DNA of 64,000 nucleotides, from the NCBI RefSeq assembly GCF_009914755.1, contig NC_060926.1; one strand, written 5' to 3'. Shown here piece after piece: positions 14,500 to 29,715 of the stretch. The position numbers and the translations under genes were made by a program. The DNA comes from the human T2T-CHM13v2.0 reference genome, Homo sapiens. Under the pieces are notes generated by a model. The model worked only from the letters and a program-made list of their open reading frames with translations. It had not been told where the DNA came from and did not search any database. Position 1 is the stretch's first letter. Each line of letters opens with the position of its first letter.

Positions 14500-15303
14500 G
14501 GTGTCCCTTCCTGGATTAGGTTACAGTTGGGTCGTGGGAAGTCACCCAGGGATCACAGAAGACTCTGTCTTAGGAAACGGCAGGGAGAGATTATCTTGCT
14601 GGCTGCTGGGGTCTGGATGTCATGTCCCCCAAAAATCCATATGTTGAAATTCTAACCCCCAAAGTGATGGTATTGGGAGATGGGGCCTTTGGGAGGTTAT
14701 TGGGTCGTAGAGGAGAAGCCTTGATGAATGGGATCAGTGCCTTATAAAAGAGGATATGGAGAGACTGCTCCATCCTCCCACCATGTGAGGATACAGAGGG
14801 AAGGTGCAGTGCACGAGTTAGGAAGCAGGACCTCTCCAGACACCGAATCTGCGGGCACTTTGATCTTGGGCTTCTCAAACTCCCAAACATGAGAAATCAA
14901 TTTTTGTTGTTTAAGCCACCAAGTTTAAGACATTTTGTTACAACCATCCAAATGGACTAAGACACTGGCCTTGACAAAGTGAGCCGCCATCCTGTGAGGG
15001 CCAATGGCAAGGAAATGTGGGGGCCTCTGGGAGCTGAGAGCAGCTCCTAACAAGCAAGGAAGCAGGAACCCCAACTCGACAACCACAAGGGCCTGACTTC
15101 TGCCAACATCTACGTGAGCTTTGAAAAGACTCCGTGTTTCAGAAAGAAATGTAGTCTCCCAAACGGAGGTTTCAGCCTCTGAGACCCCAGCAGAGGACCC
15201 AGTGAAGCCAAGCCTGAACTCCTGACCCAAGATACTAAATGCATGTTGTCGTAAATTGCTAGTTTTGTGACAATTTGTTACACAGCAGTTGATAACTAGT
15301 ACA
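14500..15303 (+). mobile_element. Old MLT1 (F/G/H-like) MaLR LTR interrupted by MLT1A
   Basis: TTGCTGGC|CTTGACAAAGTGAGCCGCCAT..GCAGAGGACCCAG..TTTGTTACACAGCAGTTGATAACTAGTACA. The 5' boundary is approximate. Confidence 0.75.
14604..14964 (+). mobile_element. MLT1A/MLT1A0 solo LTR with 5-bp TSD
   Basis: TG..CA ends; CATATGTTGAAATTCTAACCCCCAAAGTGATGGTATT..GGACTAAGACA; CTGGC at 14599-14603 and 14965-14969. Confidence 0.9.
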
Positions 15304-15304
15304 G

Positions 15305-15597
15305 GGTTATAGCCCATCTCCCTTGGGGTGGCCCACAGCCAGTGATGTCTGATGTGGGATGTGACACTCCAGTCCATTGCCTCTGGGCCAGAAAAACTTG
15401 GCAAGAGGATTCTCACTGCAGAACACCTGCCATGGGACCAGCCTGACTTCTCAGAACCCACTCCTTGCCTGGCTTCTTCTCCTGCCCTCATCCTTCTTCC
15501 TGCCTTCCTTCTAGGTTTCCCCTGGGAGCTCTCCCTCAGTAATCGCTTGCACAACACCCTGTCTCAGGCTCTGCTAGAAGGAACTTGAACATACACA
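15305..15597 (+). mobile_element. LTR16-family (ERVL) LTR, 3' portion
   Basis: TGGGAGCTCTCCCTCAGTAATCGCTTGCACAACACCCTGTCTCAGGCTCTGCT matches the LTR16 3' end. Confidence 0.7.
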
Positions 15598-16734
15598 CAG
15601 TCATAGAGAAGCCAATATGAAGACTCCAGCTCCCTGAATGTTAAGAGGCAGTGGCAGACTGTGTAACAGACTAAGCATCCGAGTTCCATCACAGTCTCCA
15701 GGACTCAAAGGGAAGTCGCAGCCACAGCAGCAGCATCTGCCACACCCCGCATCCCAGCATCCAGACAGCTGCTGAAGGGTGCCTCGATCTTTGTCCTGTA
15801 AACCCTGGATTGCGGCTGTGCAGTGTGTTCCTAAGTTCAGTCTCTCCGGGGCAGGCTCCTGTTTCCCTGCCTCCCAGAATAGACCAGAGGGTTTATGCTG
15901 GGATATCCTGGGAGATATTCCTGGAGGGCCAGCTCAAGTCCACTCTTCTCACCCTCCCAACCAGCTCCCAGTGATGGATCTGCAATCATGTTAATAGATT
16001 TGCTTGTTGCAGTGAGGCTGGAGTTTCCTCTTATTGAAGAGGAGGTATGTGACATTCCAAAATCAGCTTAAAGTAAAATGCTCCACTGAGGCAACTAGGC
16101 CTGTTTCAAGACAAGAAGGATTAGAAGCCCAATCAAGGAAGAGGACTTGAGGCTTCCACTGACCCCACAGCCAGAGGGCAGCTGGGGTTTCTCATTCCAT
16201 CCCTGTGCCTGTTTTAAGCCTCCTCGAGTGTCAGAGTGGAAAGTTGAGCGGATCTCTGGGAATGAGGCCCTAGTGCCTTCTTTGCTACTAACTCACCACA
16301 GGTTTTGGGCACGTCAACTAAGCTTCCTGCAACTCTGTTTTCTCTTCTGCAGAGTGAGTGGTAGCTGTGCTCAATAATGTCCAGAATCATCCAGCAATAA
16401 CCCCTCAGGGATCTGGGCTGCATCAGCCATATTCGTCTCTGCCTCATTTCTAGCCTCAACTTCTATCCCTGCCCCAATTTGCACATTTCAAAGCTCCCAC
16501 CTCTAGATTCAGTCCCACTGAGACCCGGGCTCAGGAACAAAGATGGACCAGCTGCCCCTCCCCATTCCCTAAACACTTCATATGGACATGTTGGTGTGAA
16601 TTTTTCCTACTCTATTCTACTGCACAAATGATGCTGTTTCTGCGATTTTCGAGAGTCTAAAACCAAATAGCACTTCACTTTATGCTACTAAAACACACCA
16701 GGCTATGAAGGAAAACGTAGTGCCAGCCATGCAC

Positions 16735-17132
16735 AGAAAGCTGTTGGGTCATGTGTCTAGACCAACACTTCTCTTATTTCAGGAATGCCCATCCCCTACT
16801 TTGACCAGGGGTTCAAATGAGAGCTGCCATCTTCCAGAAGAACCTTCTAGCATCTCCTCTACCAGGTGATCCAGAGTTGGTAAGCTCATCCCCAGGTCTG
16901 CCTGCTTACATCTTAGAGCCAGCCAGTCTTGAGCCCTCTCTGATAATACCAGGAGCTGCCATATTTGCTACCATTTGGAGGAAGCCAGTCAGGGAGATCA
17001 AAGCAGAGAGAAGTGGAGAGGAGAGAAAGAGAATGCAATCAGCTCTCTGATTTCAGACATCCTTTCTATACTAGTTCAAGTTAAGTTCCCAACACTTACA
17101 ACCAAAGAAGTCCTGCCTGGTGCACTAATACA
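16735..17132 (+). mobile_element. Degraded MLT1J/K/L-like LTR
   Basis: GCTGCCATATTTGCTACCA and terminal ACTTACAACCAAAGAAGTCCTG..CTAATACA. Confidence 0.5.
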
Positions 17133-17304
17133 ATCTGTTTGAAGAAGACACATTTCTGAAATAAGTCCTGGACTAGCAGATCAGTCAAGCCATTACACTA
17201 ATTCCCACTGTAATTCCATGATTTCTTCTGCTGTGGTAAAAGTGTAGCTATTCTTGATTTTCCTTGACTTTTCTTAAAAACTTTTCTCATCAAAACAGGC
17301 AGGA

Positions 17305-17572
<268 letters not shown>

Positions 17573-17924
17573 AAACAGGCAGGAAGGGAAGTCTTTGTTT
17601 CTGAGTAGCACAAAAGCCTGAAATATAAAGTAGATGTCTAGTATGTGTCCTAAAGCGTCAACCCAGGGAGATATGGGCGAGGACTGGGGGTCCTAAAGTG
17701 AGTCTTTGAGTGTATGGGAAACACCTTATGAAAATAAACATTCTTGTGAAGAAAGTCTAACAAACAATTTTATATTCATCTTGAATGATTAATTTTGGGG
17801 GGACATGTGAAGCTGGACATTTGGGGAGGATGAGAAGATTGCATTAAAGAGAATGTGCCAGCTTTTAGCTGGCTCTAGGAAAAATCAGTGTAAAATTGCC
17901 CAGTTAAAAATATAGCATTTTCCT

Positions 17925-18230
17925 GGCCGGGCGCGGTGGCTCACGTCTGTAATACCAGCACTTTGGGAGGCCGAGGTGGGCAGATCATGAGGTCAGGAGT
18001 TCGAGACCAGCCTGACCAATGTGGTGAAACCCCGTCTCTACTAAAAATACAAAAAAAAATTAGTCAGGGCGTGGTGGCGAGTGCCTGTAATCCCAGCTAC
18101 TCAGGAGGGCTGAGGCAGGAGAATCACTTCAACCCGGGAGGCGGAGGTTGCAGTGAGCCAAGATCGCACCACTGCACTCCAGCCTGGGTGACAGAGCAAG
18201 ACTCCGCCTCAAAAAAAAAAAAAAAAAAAA
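17925..18230 (+). mobile_element. AluS (Sg-like)
   Basis: GGCCGGGCGCGGTGGCTCAC..GATCATGAGGTCAGGAGTTCGAG full dimer with an A20 tail. Confidence 0.97.
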
Positions 18231-18547
18231 TTTCCCTAGATTTTTGTGAGCTATAAACCATGCTCAGCTGATTAATTTTAAGGATGTCAAGCCCAAATGT
18301 GAAAAGATCCAAGAAACTTTTTGCAGTTGATTGGAATGCAAACATTTTAGCAAGGAGATGTTTGGTTTTATAATTATAGAACGACACCAAAGTGCCAATT
18401 TGGCCTTTTTCAGTTTGAAATATAAATTTCCATGTGTAAAGGATGGGTGGACCAGTTCCTTTATTTAACAATCTTAGCCTTAGGAAGAATTTTCTCTTAG
18501 GCACAAAGTCAGATGTCTACTCATTTTAGCTTCAAAGTCATCTCAAC

Positions 18548-18905
18548 TCCTTCATTCCTTCACTTACTCAACAAATGTGCACTGAGGGGCTATTGTGTGG
18601 GGAAGCCCTGCCCTAGGAAGTGGAGGTGACGCCAAAATGAAGCAGGCGTGGACCTCGAGGATCTCATTGCAGACCCGCGGAGAACCGGAGCTAAGGGGCC
18701 GGCCGAGACGGGCCGGGAGGATGCTGGAGACGCCAGAAGAGGGCGCCCTCACTTCCACCTGGCAGGAAGCCCTGAGGAACGTGTAAACTGGAAATCCGAT
18801 CTGCAGTGATAACAGATCGCTCAGGAACTGGAGGCTCCCGTTATTTTCCAAGACTGAGCTGAGGCTGAAAGCACAGGGATGAGTTGGGAGTTTCAGTAGG
18901 GAGGA
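18548..18905 (-). mobile_element. L2 3' end relic (CpG-rich)
   Basis: TTCATTCCTTCACTTACTCAACAAATGTGCACTGAGG matches the reverse L2 tail. Downstream CTGAGCTGAGGCTGAAAG..ATGAGTTGGGAGTT is L2-like. Confidence 0.65.
18733..18746 (+). promoter_or_regulatory. Candidate CTCF motif
   Basis: CCAGAAGAGGGCGC matches the CCASYAGRKGGCRS core at 13/14 positions, in a CpG-dense patch. Binding not demonstrated. Confidence 0.5.
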
Positions 18906-19048
18906 CTTAGGCCCCTAGGTCCCCACCCCACGCTGACCTCTCCTCCCTCCTCACCCTGGGATTAATTTCAAGAGCAATTAAACCAGAGAAGCTCCAGACC
19001 CGGGGACAACAAGCACAGAACAGGGCCCGGGGAGACCTACAGCAGGCG

Positions 19049-19149
19049 CAGAAGTGGAGGGGGGGTTCAGGAAAGTGCTTCACCAGAAGTGGAGGAGGTT
19101 CGGGAAAGTTCTTCCCGGGAACTGGAGGGGGTTCGGGAAAGTGCTTACC
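19049..19149. repeat. Three-copy 33-35 bp tandem repeat
   Basis: CAGAAGTGGAGGGGGGGTTCAGGAAAGTGCTTCAC / CAGAAGTGGAGGAGGTTCGGGAAAGTTCTTCCC / GGGAACTGGAGGGGGTTCGGGAAAGTGCTTACC. Confidence 0.92.
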
Positions 19150-19207
19150 CGTCAAGCTCCTGTCCCATTGGCCAGCATGTTGGGCAGCAGTGGGCACACA
19201 CACTCTC

Positions 19208-19658
19208 TGTGTTAGTTTGCTAGGGCTGCTGTAACAACGTGCTACAAACAGGGTCACCTAGAACAACAGAAACTTATTTCTTACTGTTCTGGAGGCTGGG
19301 AGTCTGAAATCAAGGTGTTGGCGGGGCCCCACTCCCTCCAGGCTTCTACGGTAGGCTCCCTCTCTGCTTCCCCCAGAGTCCCTTAGCTTGTGGCTGCCTC
19401 ACTCTGATCTCAGCCTCCATCTCCATAAGGCTTCTCCCTTTGTCTGTCTTCACACGGCGTTCTCCTCTGTGTCTGTCTCTCCTCGTCTGTAAGGACGCCG
19501 GTCATATTTGATTAAGCACCCCACTCCAGCATGACGTCATCATCGTCTACATAATTACATCTGCAATGACCCCATTTCCAAATAAGGTCACATTCTGAGG
19601 TACTAGAGGCTAAAACTTGAACAAATCTTTCTGGGAGGACACAATTCAATCTGTACCA
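19208..19658 (-). mobile_element. MLT1C-like solo LTR
   Basis: TGTGTTAGTTTGCTAGGGCTGCTGTAACAA..TTTCCAAATAAGGTCACATTCTGAGGTACT..GACACAATTCAATCTGTACCA, with near-TSD CTCTC/CTCTA. Confidence 0.88.
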
Positions 19659-19939
19659 CTCTACCAGCGGAAATGGCAAAGTTCCTCCGTGGAGAAAGTG
19701 ACTGGACCAAAAGGAAAGATAGAAGATGCTAATATATAAGGTCTCCCCCCAACCACCACCCTGAAAAAAATAGGTAAGTCTTCAGCCATTGGGAAACTCA
19801 CTACCCACCAAGTCCCACCCATAAATACAGAGCTCCGACTAGCTTTTCAGGGACTCATTCTCAAATATGAACAGTCAATCACACCCTCTAAGGATATCCC
19901 TAAATAAGCAGCAGAAATGTAAATGAAAGTGGGAAAGAA

Positions 19940-20307
19940 GTCCGGGCACGGTGGCTCATGCCTGTAATCCCAGCACTTTGGGAGGGTGAGGCGGGCAGAT
20001 CACCTGAGGTCAGGAGTTCAAGATCAGCCTGACCAACATGGTGAGACCCCATCTCTACTAAAAACACAAAAATTAGCCGGGCATGGTGGTGGGCACCTAT
20101 AATCCAAGTACTCAGGAGGCTGAGGCAGGAGAATTGCTTGAACCCGGGAGGCGAAGGTTTGTGAGCCGCTATTATGCCATTGCACTCCAGCCTGGGCAGC
20201 AGGAGTGAAACTCCATCTAAAAAAAGAAAAGAGGGAAGGAAGGGAGGAAGGGGAGAAGGAAGGGAGGAAGAAAGAGAGAGAGAAAGGGAGGGAGAGCAGG
20301 AGGGAGG
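19940..20307 (+). mobile_element. AluS (Sq/Sp-like) with GA-rich tail
   Basis: Full Alu dimer to about 20230, followed by a GGAA/GAGG purine tract. Confidence 0.95.
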
Positions 20308-20466
20308 GCCAACAGACTTGGAGGAAACAGACAACACAGAAAAAAAGAGAAAACTGTTCTACAGGGAAACAATATTCACAGGGCTCAAAGAAAAAATAAT
20401 AATCCATGAAACAAGACAGGAATGTTACTTTTGAAATGAGAACATTTACAGAATAAGAAATCTTTT

Positions 20467-20758
<292 letters not shown>

Positions 20759-23089
20759 TCAAAAATACCATAGCAAAAATTAAAAGTCAATAGAAGCTTT
20801 TACATTAACTTGAGAAAATCCCTGAGAAAGTATAATAAAAAGTCAAAGAGAGGTAATAAAACAGGGAAGCCTAGAAAATTACAGGCTCATCCAGGAGGTC
20901 CAACATCTGAGAAACAAAAGTGACAGAATGAAAGAACAGAAAACAACAAGAAGGAAATGATCAAATAAATAATATGGAAAAATTCCCAGGATTGGACAGT
21001 GTAAGTTTCCCGATCGAACAGTGAAACAGTGAATGAAGAAGAATTCTCATGAGGAAACATCCCTGTCACATTTCACAACACTGATAATAAAGAGAAAATC
21101 CTAACAACTTACAGAAAGCTAAAAAGAAAAACAAGATTGCATGGGTTTATACAAAGCATCAGGAATCAGAAAGCCTATCAGACATTCTCATCAGCAGCAC
21201 TGGAAGGAAAGAGCCCATGGAGCAATGCCTTTGAAAGCCTGGAAAGAAAATATTTCCAACCTAAAATTTTACAACCAACCATTAATCAAATTCACTGCTA
21301 GGTAAGATGTCAAAAGTTATTATCCATTATCTTTGCTCAGAAGTTCACTAAAGGCTGTGTTACACCAAGGATGTGTAAAACCAAGTTGAGAGAGAAATCA
21401 GGAAAAAGGAAAACAAAGATTCTAGAAGACAGGGATCCCAGAGAAGACGCAGGGACAGTGCATTTCCAATACATGAGAAAGAACAACTGCTAATGCAGTG
21501 GGCACAAGGTCAAGATCAATGAGCCAGGCCCAGAGCAAGAGGATAGGGAGGTCCCAAAAGGGAGGCCTCCATGAATTTAGAAAGCAGATGGATCAGTGTT
21601 GCATTTAATGATTATTGAAGAGTTTGGGGGAAATATATATATATGCACAAGCGAACAAACCAAAGAAGAGGTTGTTTTAGCTCTCGTGATCATGTAAACA
21701 CTGAAGAATTCTTTAAACAACACTTGTGATACAATTATCAGGGAGAGAGGAATGGCTGACATAAGACAAGGAAATGCTCATTCCCATAGAAGGAAGTCAG
21801 AGATATTTATAACTGGAGAAGCTGAGATGAACAGGATAAGCATTTCACAGGGAGGAAAATGACAGAAGAAAAAGTGAAAAGAGTTAAAGTGGCTTCAGGA
21901 AAGACAGAGGGTTGCTGGATTGTGGTTTATTTTTTTTAATCCCTTTTTAAAAAGAAAGAGAAAATCAAGACAAAAATTTTTTTAAATGTAGCTCCCTGTC
22001 AAATAATTCGTTTTCAAAATTTCTGAAGATGATTAAAGGGTGGAAAATTGGGGAAAAGGGTCCCAGCAACAGTATCAAGTTTATTTGTTCCCAAGCACTA
22101 CTTTTCAATTTGGAGAGATGGAATTTTGGGCTTAAAGTTTAAAACTTTCTGACATAAATTTATATACACATATCCTTTTTACCATTTTAAAACAGAAAGA
22201 AAGAAAAGCAACGGATTGGCACATTCTTGAAATCCACCATACCTTTCAAAACAGCAGTAGAAGGAAATTGTGTGCAGTCTCCAAGGTGTAGTTTTCTGTC
22301 TTGGTGTCTCAGTTTTAAGGATTTGCCCTATAGCAAGCCGAAGCAAGAAGAAATTTATTTTAAAATGCCTTTTCTCATCTGTTCTTATTCTACTGAGTCC
22401 CTCGGTCATAAGTAAAACAGATAGATTGTGTTTTCTGAAACAGATTCCAACCTTATCACAAACTGATAAGCATATCCCATCCTTGGTGATTTGAAGAGAC
22501 TCTGGAGTGGCTTGGGGCAGTGCCTATGGACTAGAACTGCCTGCCAAGGAGACCCATGCTGTTCACAGGTCATTCCTGATATTTACATGTACTGGTAGTT
22601 TTAGCTGTGCCATGCCAATATGCCTTCCAAACGTGTTTTTCATCATTCTTCTAAGACACGGGGCTTAGTTAGGGAAGGTTCTGAAGACTAAACTATAAAT
22701 ATCTGCTTTTCATTAATTCTAAATGAACAGCCATTCTGTGTTCCCAGAAAATTTTCCTGCTTAGGAAGGAAATCCAAAAGATAATTTGGAGAGTTGCTCC
22801 CCAGATGTACCATATTTTGTGAATGAAATTAACTGCGGCTTTTGTGTTTTAAAATCTGAGACAGCACAAATAAAACAACTACTAAAGAACAGGACACATG
22901 ATCATCTCAACTGTGTCTGTGTTCCATCATTCTTTAACTCATTCAACATACCTTTTATGCAGTAGGCACTATATTAACTGTAGGGATGCAGTCTGGTGAG
23001 CGTCCCATCCACCATGCGAAGCCAATCTGAAATTTCCAATATCTGTGACTTTTCCCCTGTTTACAGGAAATAGAGGACAACCTGCTGGG

Positions 23090-23840
<751 letters not shown>

Positions 23841-24089
23841 CAGGTTAGTAGTACCATGGCAACAGCTGTGTACTGCAAAGATGGTGGAAGATAGTTTCCT
23901 AAAACATAAGGATCTTCTCTTTCCACATCCTCTCTTTTCCCAAAATACATTCAGGCTTGCGCCTCTTAAGGTCTAATTCTACTCTTCACTTTTAATCTGT
24001 ACCCAAAGATCTGGATTGAGCTCTTTGAAACTTCTAGTTAAATCCAAAAGTCTAGTAAAAGCCCTTATTTTCTAAAAGAAATGATTCTA

Positions 24090-24550
<461 letters not shown>

Positions 24551-25504
24551 TCACAATACCATTTAAGACTTCTTTTGATTTAACTTGCCATTAAAAAATA
24601 TGGTGGCCAAGAAAATGTATAATGAACAAATCTTCTGTAGGTAGCTGTTGATAAAATTTAACAATTTCAAAACAGAAATGGGCCAGAGTATACAAAAGTC
24701 ATGGCCATCCCTGTGGAAGGGGAGGAGAGTAAGGCCATGCTTGCTCCAAGAACCATCCTTCAGAGATGTGAGGCCAGGTCATGCCTCACTGGCCCTCATT
24801 CTCCTGAAGATGGACATTGGGATGAGCTTTATGAGTCCTGAGGGGTGGGCAGACCAAGGAATCATTGTTGTTCACTCCCACTTCTCAGACACGGACATTA
24901 CGCAGCTCCAAGGGAGTTAGGACTCAGCAGCTGAAAACCACCAATTCATGCCTCATCAGTGTCAATGTCAGTCCCCACACTTGTACTTCCAGATGTCTAT
25001 GAGGTTGTGCCAAGCAGCCCCTCTCACATGCCTTACCACTGGGTTCCAGTGGTGTCTCTACTCTGGCTGTGAAAGGCCATGTAGTGCAGCACAGTGGCCC
25101 CTCAGCCATTCTGGGGTGGCTTTGGTTCATCCCTTTGATGTGAAGTCCTACCCTCATCTCCTGCAAGGTGGCTCTCCATCTCAGTCTGTAAAGTTCCTGC
25201 ATGGCTGTGAGTCTCTGCAAAGATGCAGTTCTGTCCCCTCTGATCTGCTTCGTTAATGGCAGGACAGCAGGCAAGCTGAGTTTCGGGTCTTGTTTCTGGT
25301 TTGAGGTTCGGTTTTGGTATTGATGTTCTTCACTACCCAACAATGCCAACTCCTTCTCTGACACCAGGTGCCTCCCTGACTCATCATCATGGGGAAGCCC
25401 CACTCTCTGGAAAGTGGCCCCAAGGTCAGGAAGCCTCATCTGCTATAGGCTCTGTGCATTCTGTGGGGGCCCCTGCCACCTCCATCAAGTGGCAATGATC
25501 AGCA

Positions 25505-25700
25505 CTGAGTGCAGGCTCAATGGTGGGAACATCACATGCTTTGCCTTCTCTAACCTCACCACAACACCATGAGACACTCTTGTCACCATTGACATCTACA
25601 GATGAGGAAAATGAGGCTTGGAGCAGTTAAGAAATCTGCCCAAGCTCACTGTTCTAATAAGTGATAAAACTGAGATTTGAACCCAGACAGTTGAGCCCTG
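25505..25700 (-). mobile_element. MIR
   Basis: TACAGATGAGGAAAATGAGGCTTGGAGCAGTTAAGAAATCTGCCCAAG..GATTTGAACCCAGACAG. Confidence 0.85.
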
Positions 25701-26189
25701 CACAAACTCCCAAGGGGGGAAGATGAAGACAGACTTCAAATAGACCCAGAGTTCAGTCGTAAAGGTGCTTGAGATTTAGATGGGCCTGGGAAGAGAGCCC
25801 CACAGCCTCAAGCAGTCATTGTGCATCCTTCCTCTATTCATAACTCTCTCAACTCTCCATCCCTCTCCCTCCTCTTAAAATATCAGGGCATTTACTGGGA
25901 TTATTCTGTAAAGGAGCTGGAGAAAATCAAGCTTCCTCAATTCCTAGCATTGAACAAATGCTTTGCCAACCAAAACCATTTCTCCTCACAATTTGATTGG
26001 ATGTTGGCAGGTGGCAAAGGAAGCAAGTGCTGAGTTCTCCACTCATTCTTCTGTCTGATGAGTGTCTTGAGCCTCCTCTTTCCCATGAGTCTCTTTGAAT
26101 CACTGGTGCAATAGGAGAGCTTCATGTCACACCAAAATATGTCAATCCACAGAATTCAAAAATTTCATCATTAAAAGCCTCCTGAGAGA

Positions 26190-26300
26190 GCGTCTAGTGC
26201 AAATCTTCATCCTACAGATGAGGAAACTGAGGCAAGAAGAGACCATGACTGGCACAGGAAGGTCTAGCTGCAGATCCACTGCAGAGCCTCAGCCTCCAGC
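26190..26300 (-). mobile_element. MIR fragment
   Basis: CTACAGATGAGGAAACTGAGGC core. Confidence 0.65.
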
Positions 26301-26447
26301 TCCCTGCCAGTCCCAGCTCTCTTGATGACCTTCTCATCTTTCTGTGGTTCTCCAGGTGGGCTGCTGCATACTCTCTAACCCTCAACCACAAACTTCCTGA
26401 GGAGAACATTGACTTTTTCTCTATATTTTCAGTGTCAACATGTTTTT

Positions 26448-26449
<2 letters not shown>

Positions 26450-26482
<33 letters not shown>
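26450..26482. repeat. Poly-T mononucleotide run (about 33 nt)
   Basis: Directly visible, with no recognisable retroelement body attached. Confidence 0.9.
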
Positions 26483-26490
<8 letters not shown>

Positions 26491-27053
26491 GATCTTTGGT
26501 AGAAGACACACTATAATGATGCTTCTTCCCTATTGTAAATCAGCCTTGGTTTTTCCCTCATGTCATGCACATCACCTAAGTGACACCGAGTCACATCCCT
26601 GCAATGTTCATGGGGAAAGAAACGGGCTTCTTCTGCCCTTTTGTCCTTGTTGGCTTTCCAGCCCTCAGCCTGTATCCAAGATGCAAACAGTTGAAGCTTC
26701 TATACAGTTGCTTGAGATCACAAGTCTCCAAGATACTGAAAACATATGAAACTCAAGTTTCAGATACAAAAATTACAGGCAGAATAAAGACAGGGTTGAA
26801 GGCAAAATTCTTTTATCCTATTAGCCCCAAAATAAACGTAAGTGTGTCCCTAGCTTGGTGAGAACTTTTTGCAAAGGCTGCTGAGCAGCCCTGTGGGACT
26901 CTGGGGATTGTTGGTGCCCTGAATCCACTTACAACCCAGAAAGGAGGCACCCAGCCAGGAGGCGGGGCCCATGCTCACTGGAGTCCCTCAGCTTGCACCA
27001 CTCCCTCACCTCTTGACTATGCTTCCCGTGACTCTGTCTCTATAGCATCTGAC

Positions 27054-27357
<304 letters not shown>

Positions 27358-27467
27358 TGACATTCTCAACACTTCTTCCATTGCCATTCTGAGCTTATTC
27401 CTTGGGCTTAAGATGATCAGGATGTCAGAAATTTGGATCTATAACAAGGAAAAAAAGAGCTAACTTC

Positions 27468-29150
<1,683 letters not shown>

Positions 29151-29434
29151 AGTGAGATGAGATGAAGTGAAATAGGATGAAATGAAATCATGCATCTTGT
29201 GCATTGACCCAGCAATGGAGAAGTGGGGGGCAGGCTGCAGGCTGGGGGCTGTCACTGGTCTGAAGGAGAGGATGTGGATTGTTGGCTACTCCATCTGACC
29301 TCCAATTTCTCTGTGGTGAAATGACAATAATGCCCTCATCTTTCCGGCCTCCCAGGGTTATCATGGAGATTGGTTGAGAGGAGTAAGTAGAAGAGATTAA
29401 AGGCCACAGAATGTTTTAGCACATGTAACAAATA

Positions 29435-29715
29435 AAGAGCCTTGGAACTTCACAGCCATTCATACTGTTCTCTTTGCCTGGAACATCCTCTCCCTCTTCT
29501 CCACCCAGACACTTAACAATCACTTCTGCTGTGCAGCCGTCCTTGGCAACCCAGACAGAGTGATGCCCTCCTGCAACAGGGCTGCCAGCAGGAGTGTACC
29601 CGACCTCCGTGTCATCACTTGTGCACACTGTGATAAGACCATGCACCTCTCGCAGACAGGACATGAGCTTTCACCTCTCTGTGTCCAGCCCACTGCTGAC
29701 CACAGCACTGCAGGA
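29435..29715 (+). mobile_element. L2 3' fragment
   Basis: CATACTGTTCTCTTTGCCTGGAACATCCTCTCCC is typical of the L2 3' region. Confidence 0.55.

Noticed and set aside
14925-15557. 210-aa ORF (likewise 29671-30333, 35121-35762, 42966-43622, 62742-63305)
   Set aside because: These cross unrelated repeat relics or GC-rich DNA, often from non-ATG starts, with no recognisable protein. Such lengths are expected by chance.
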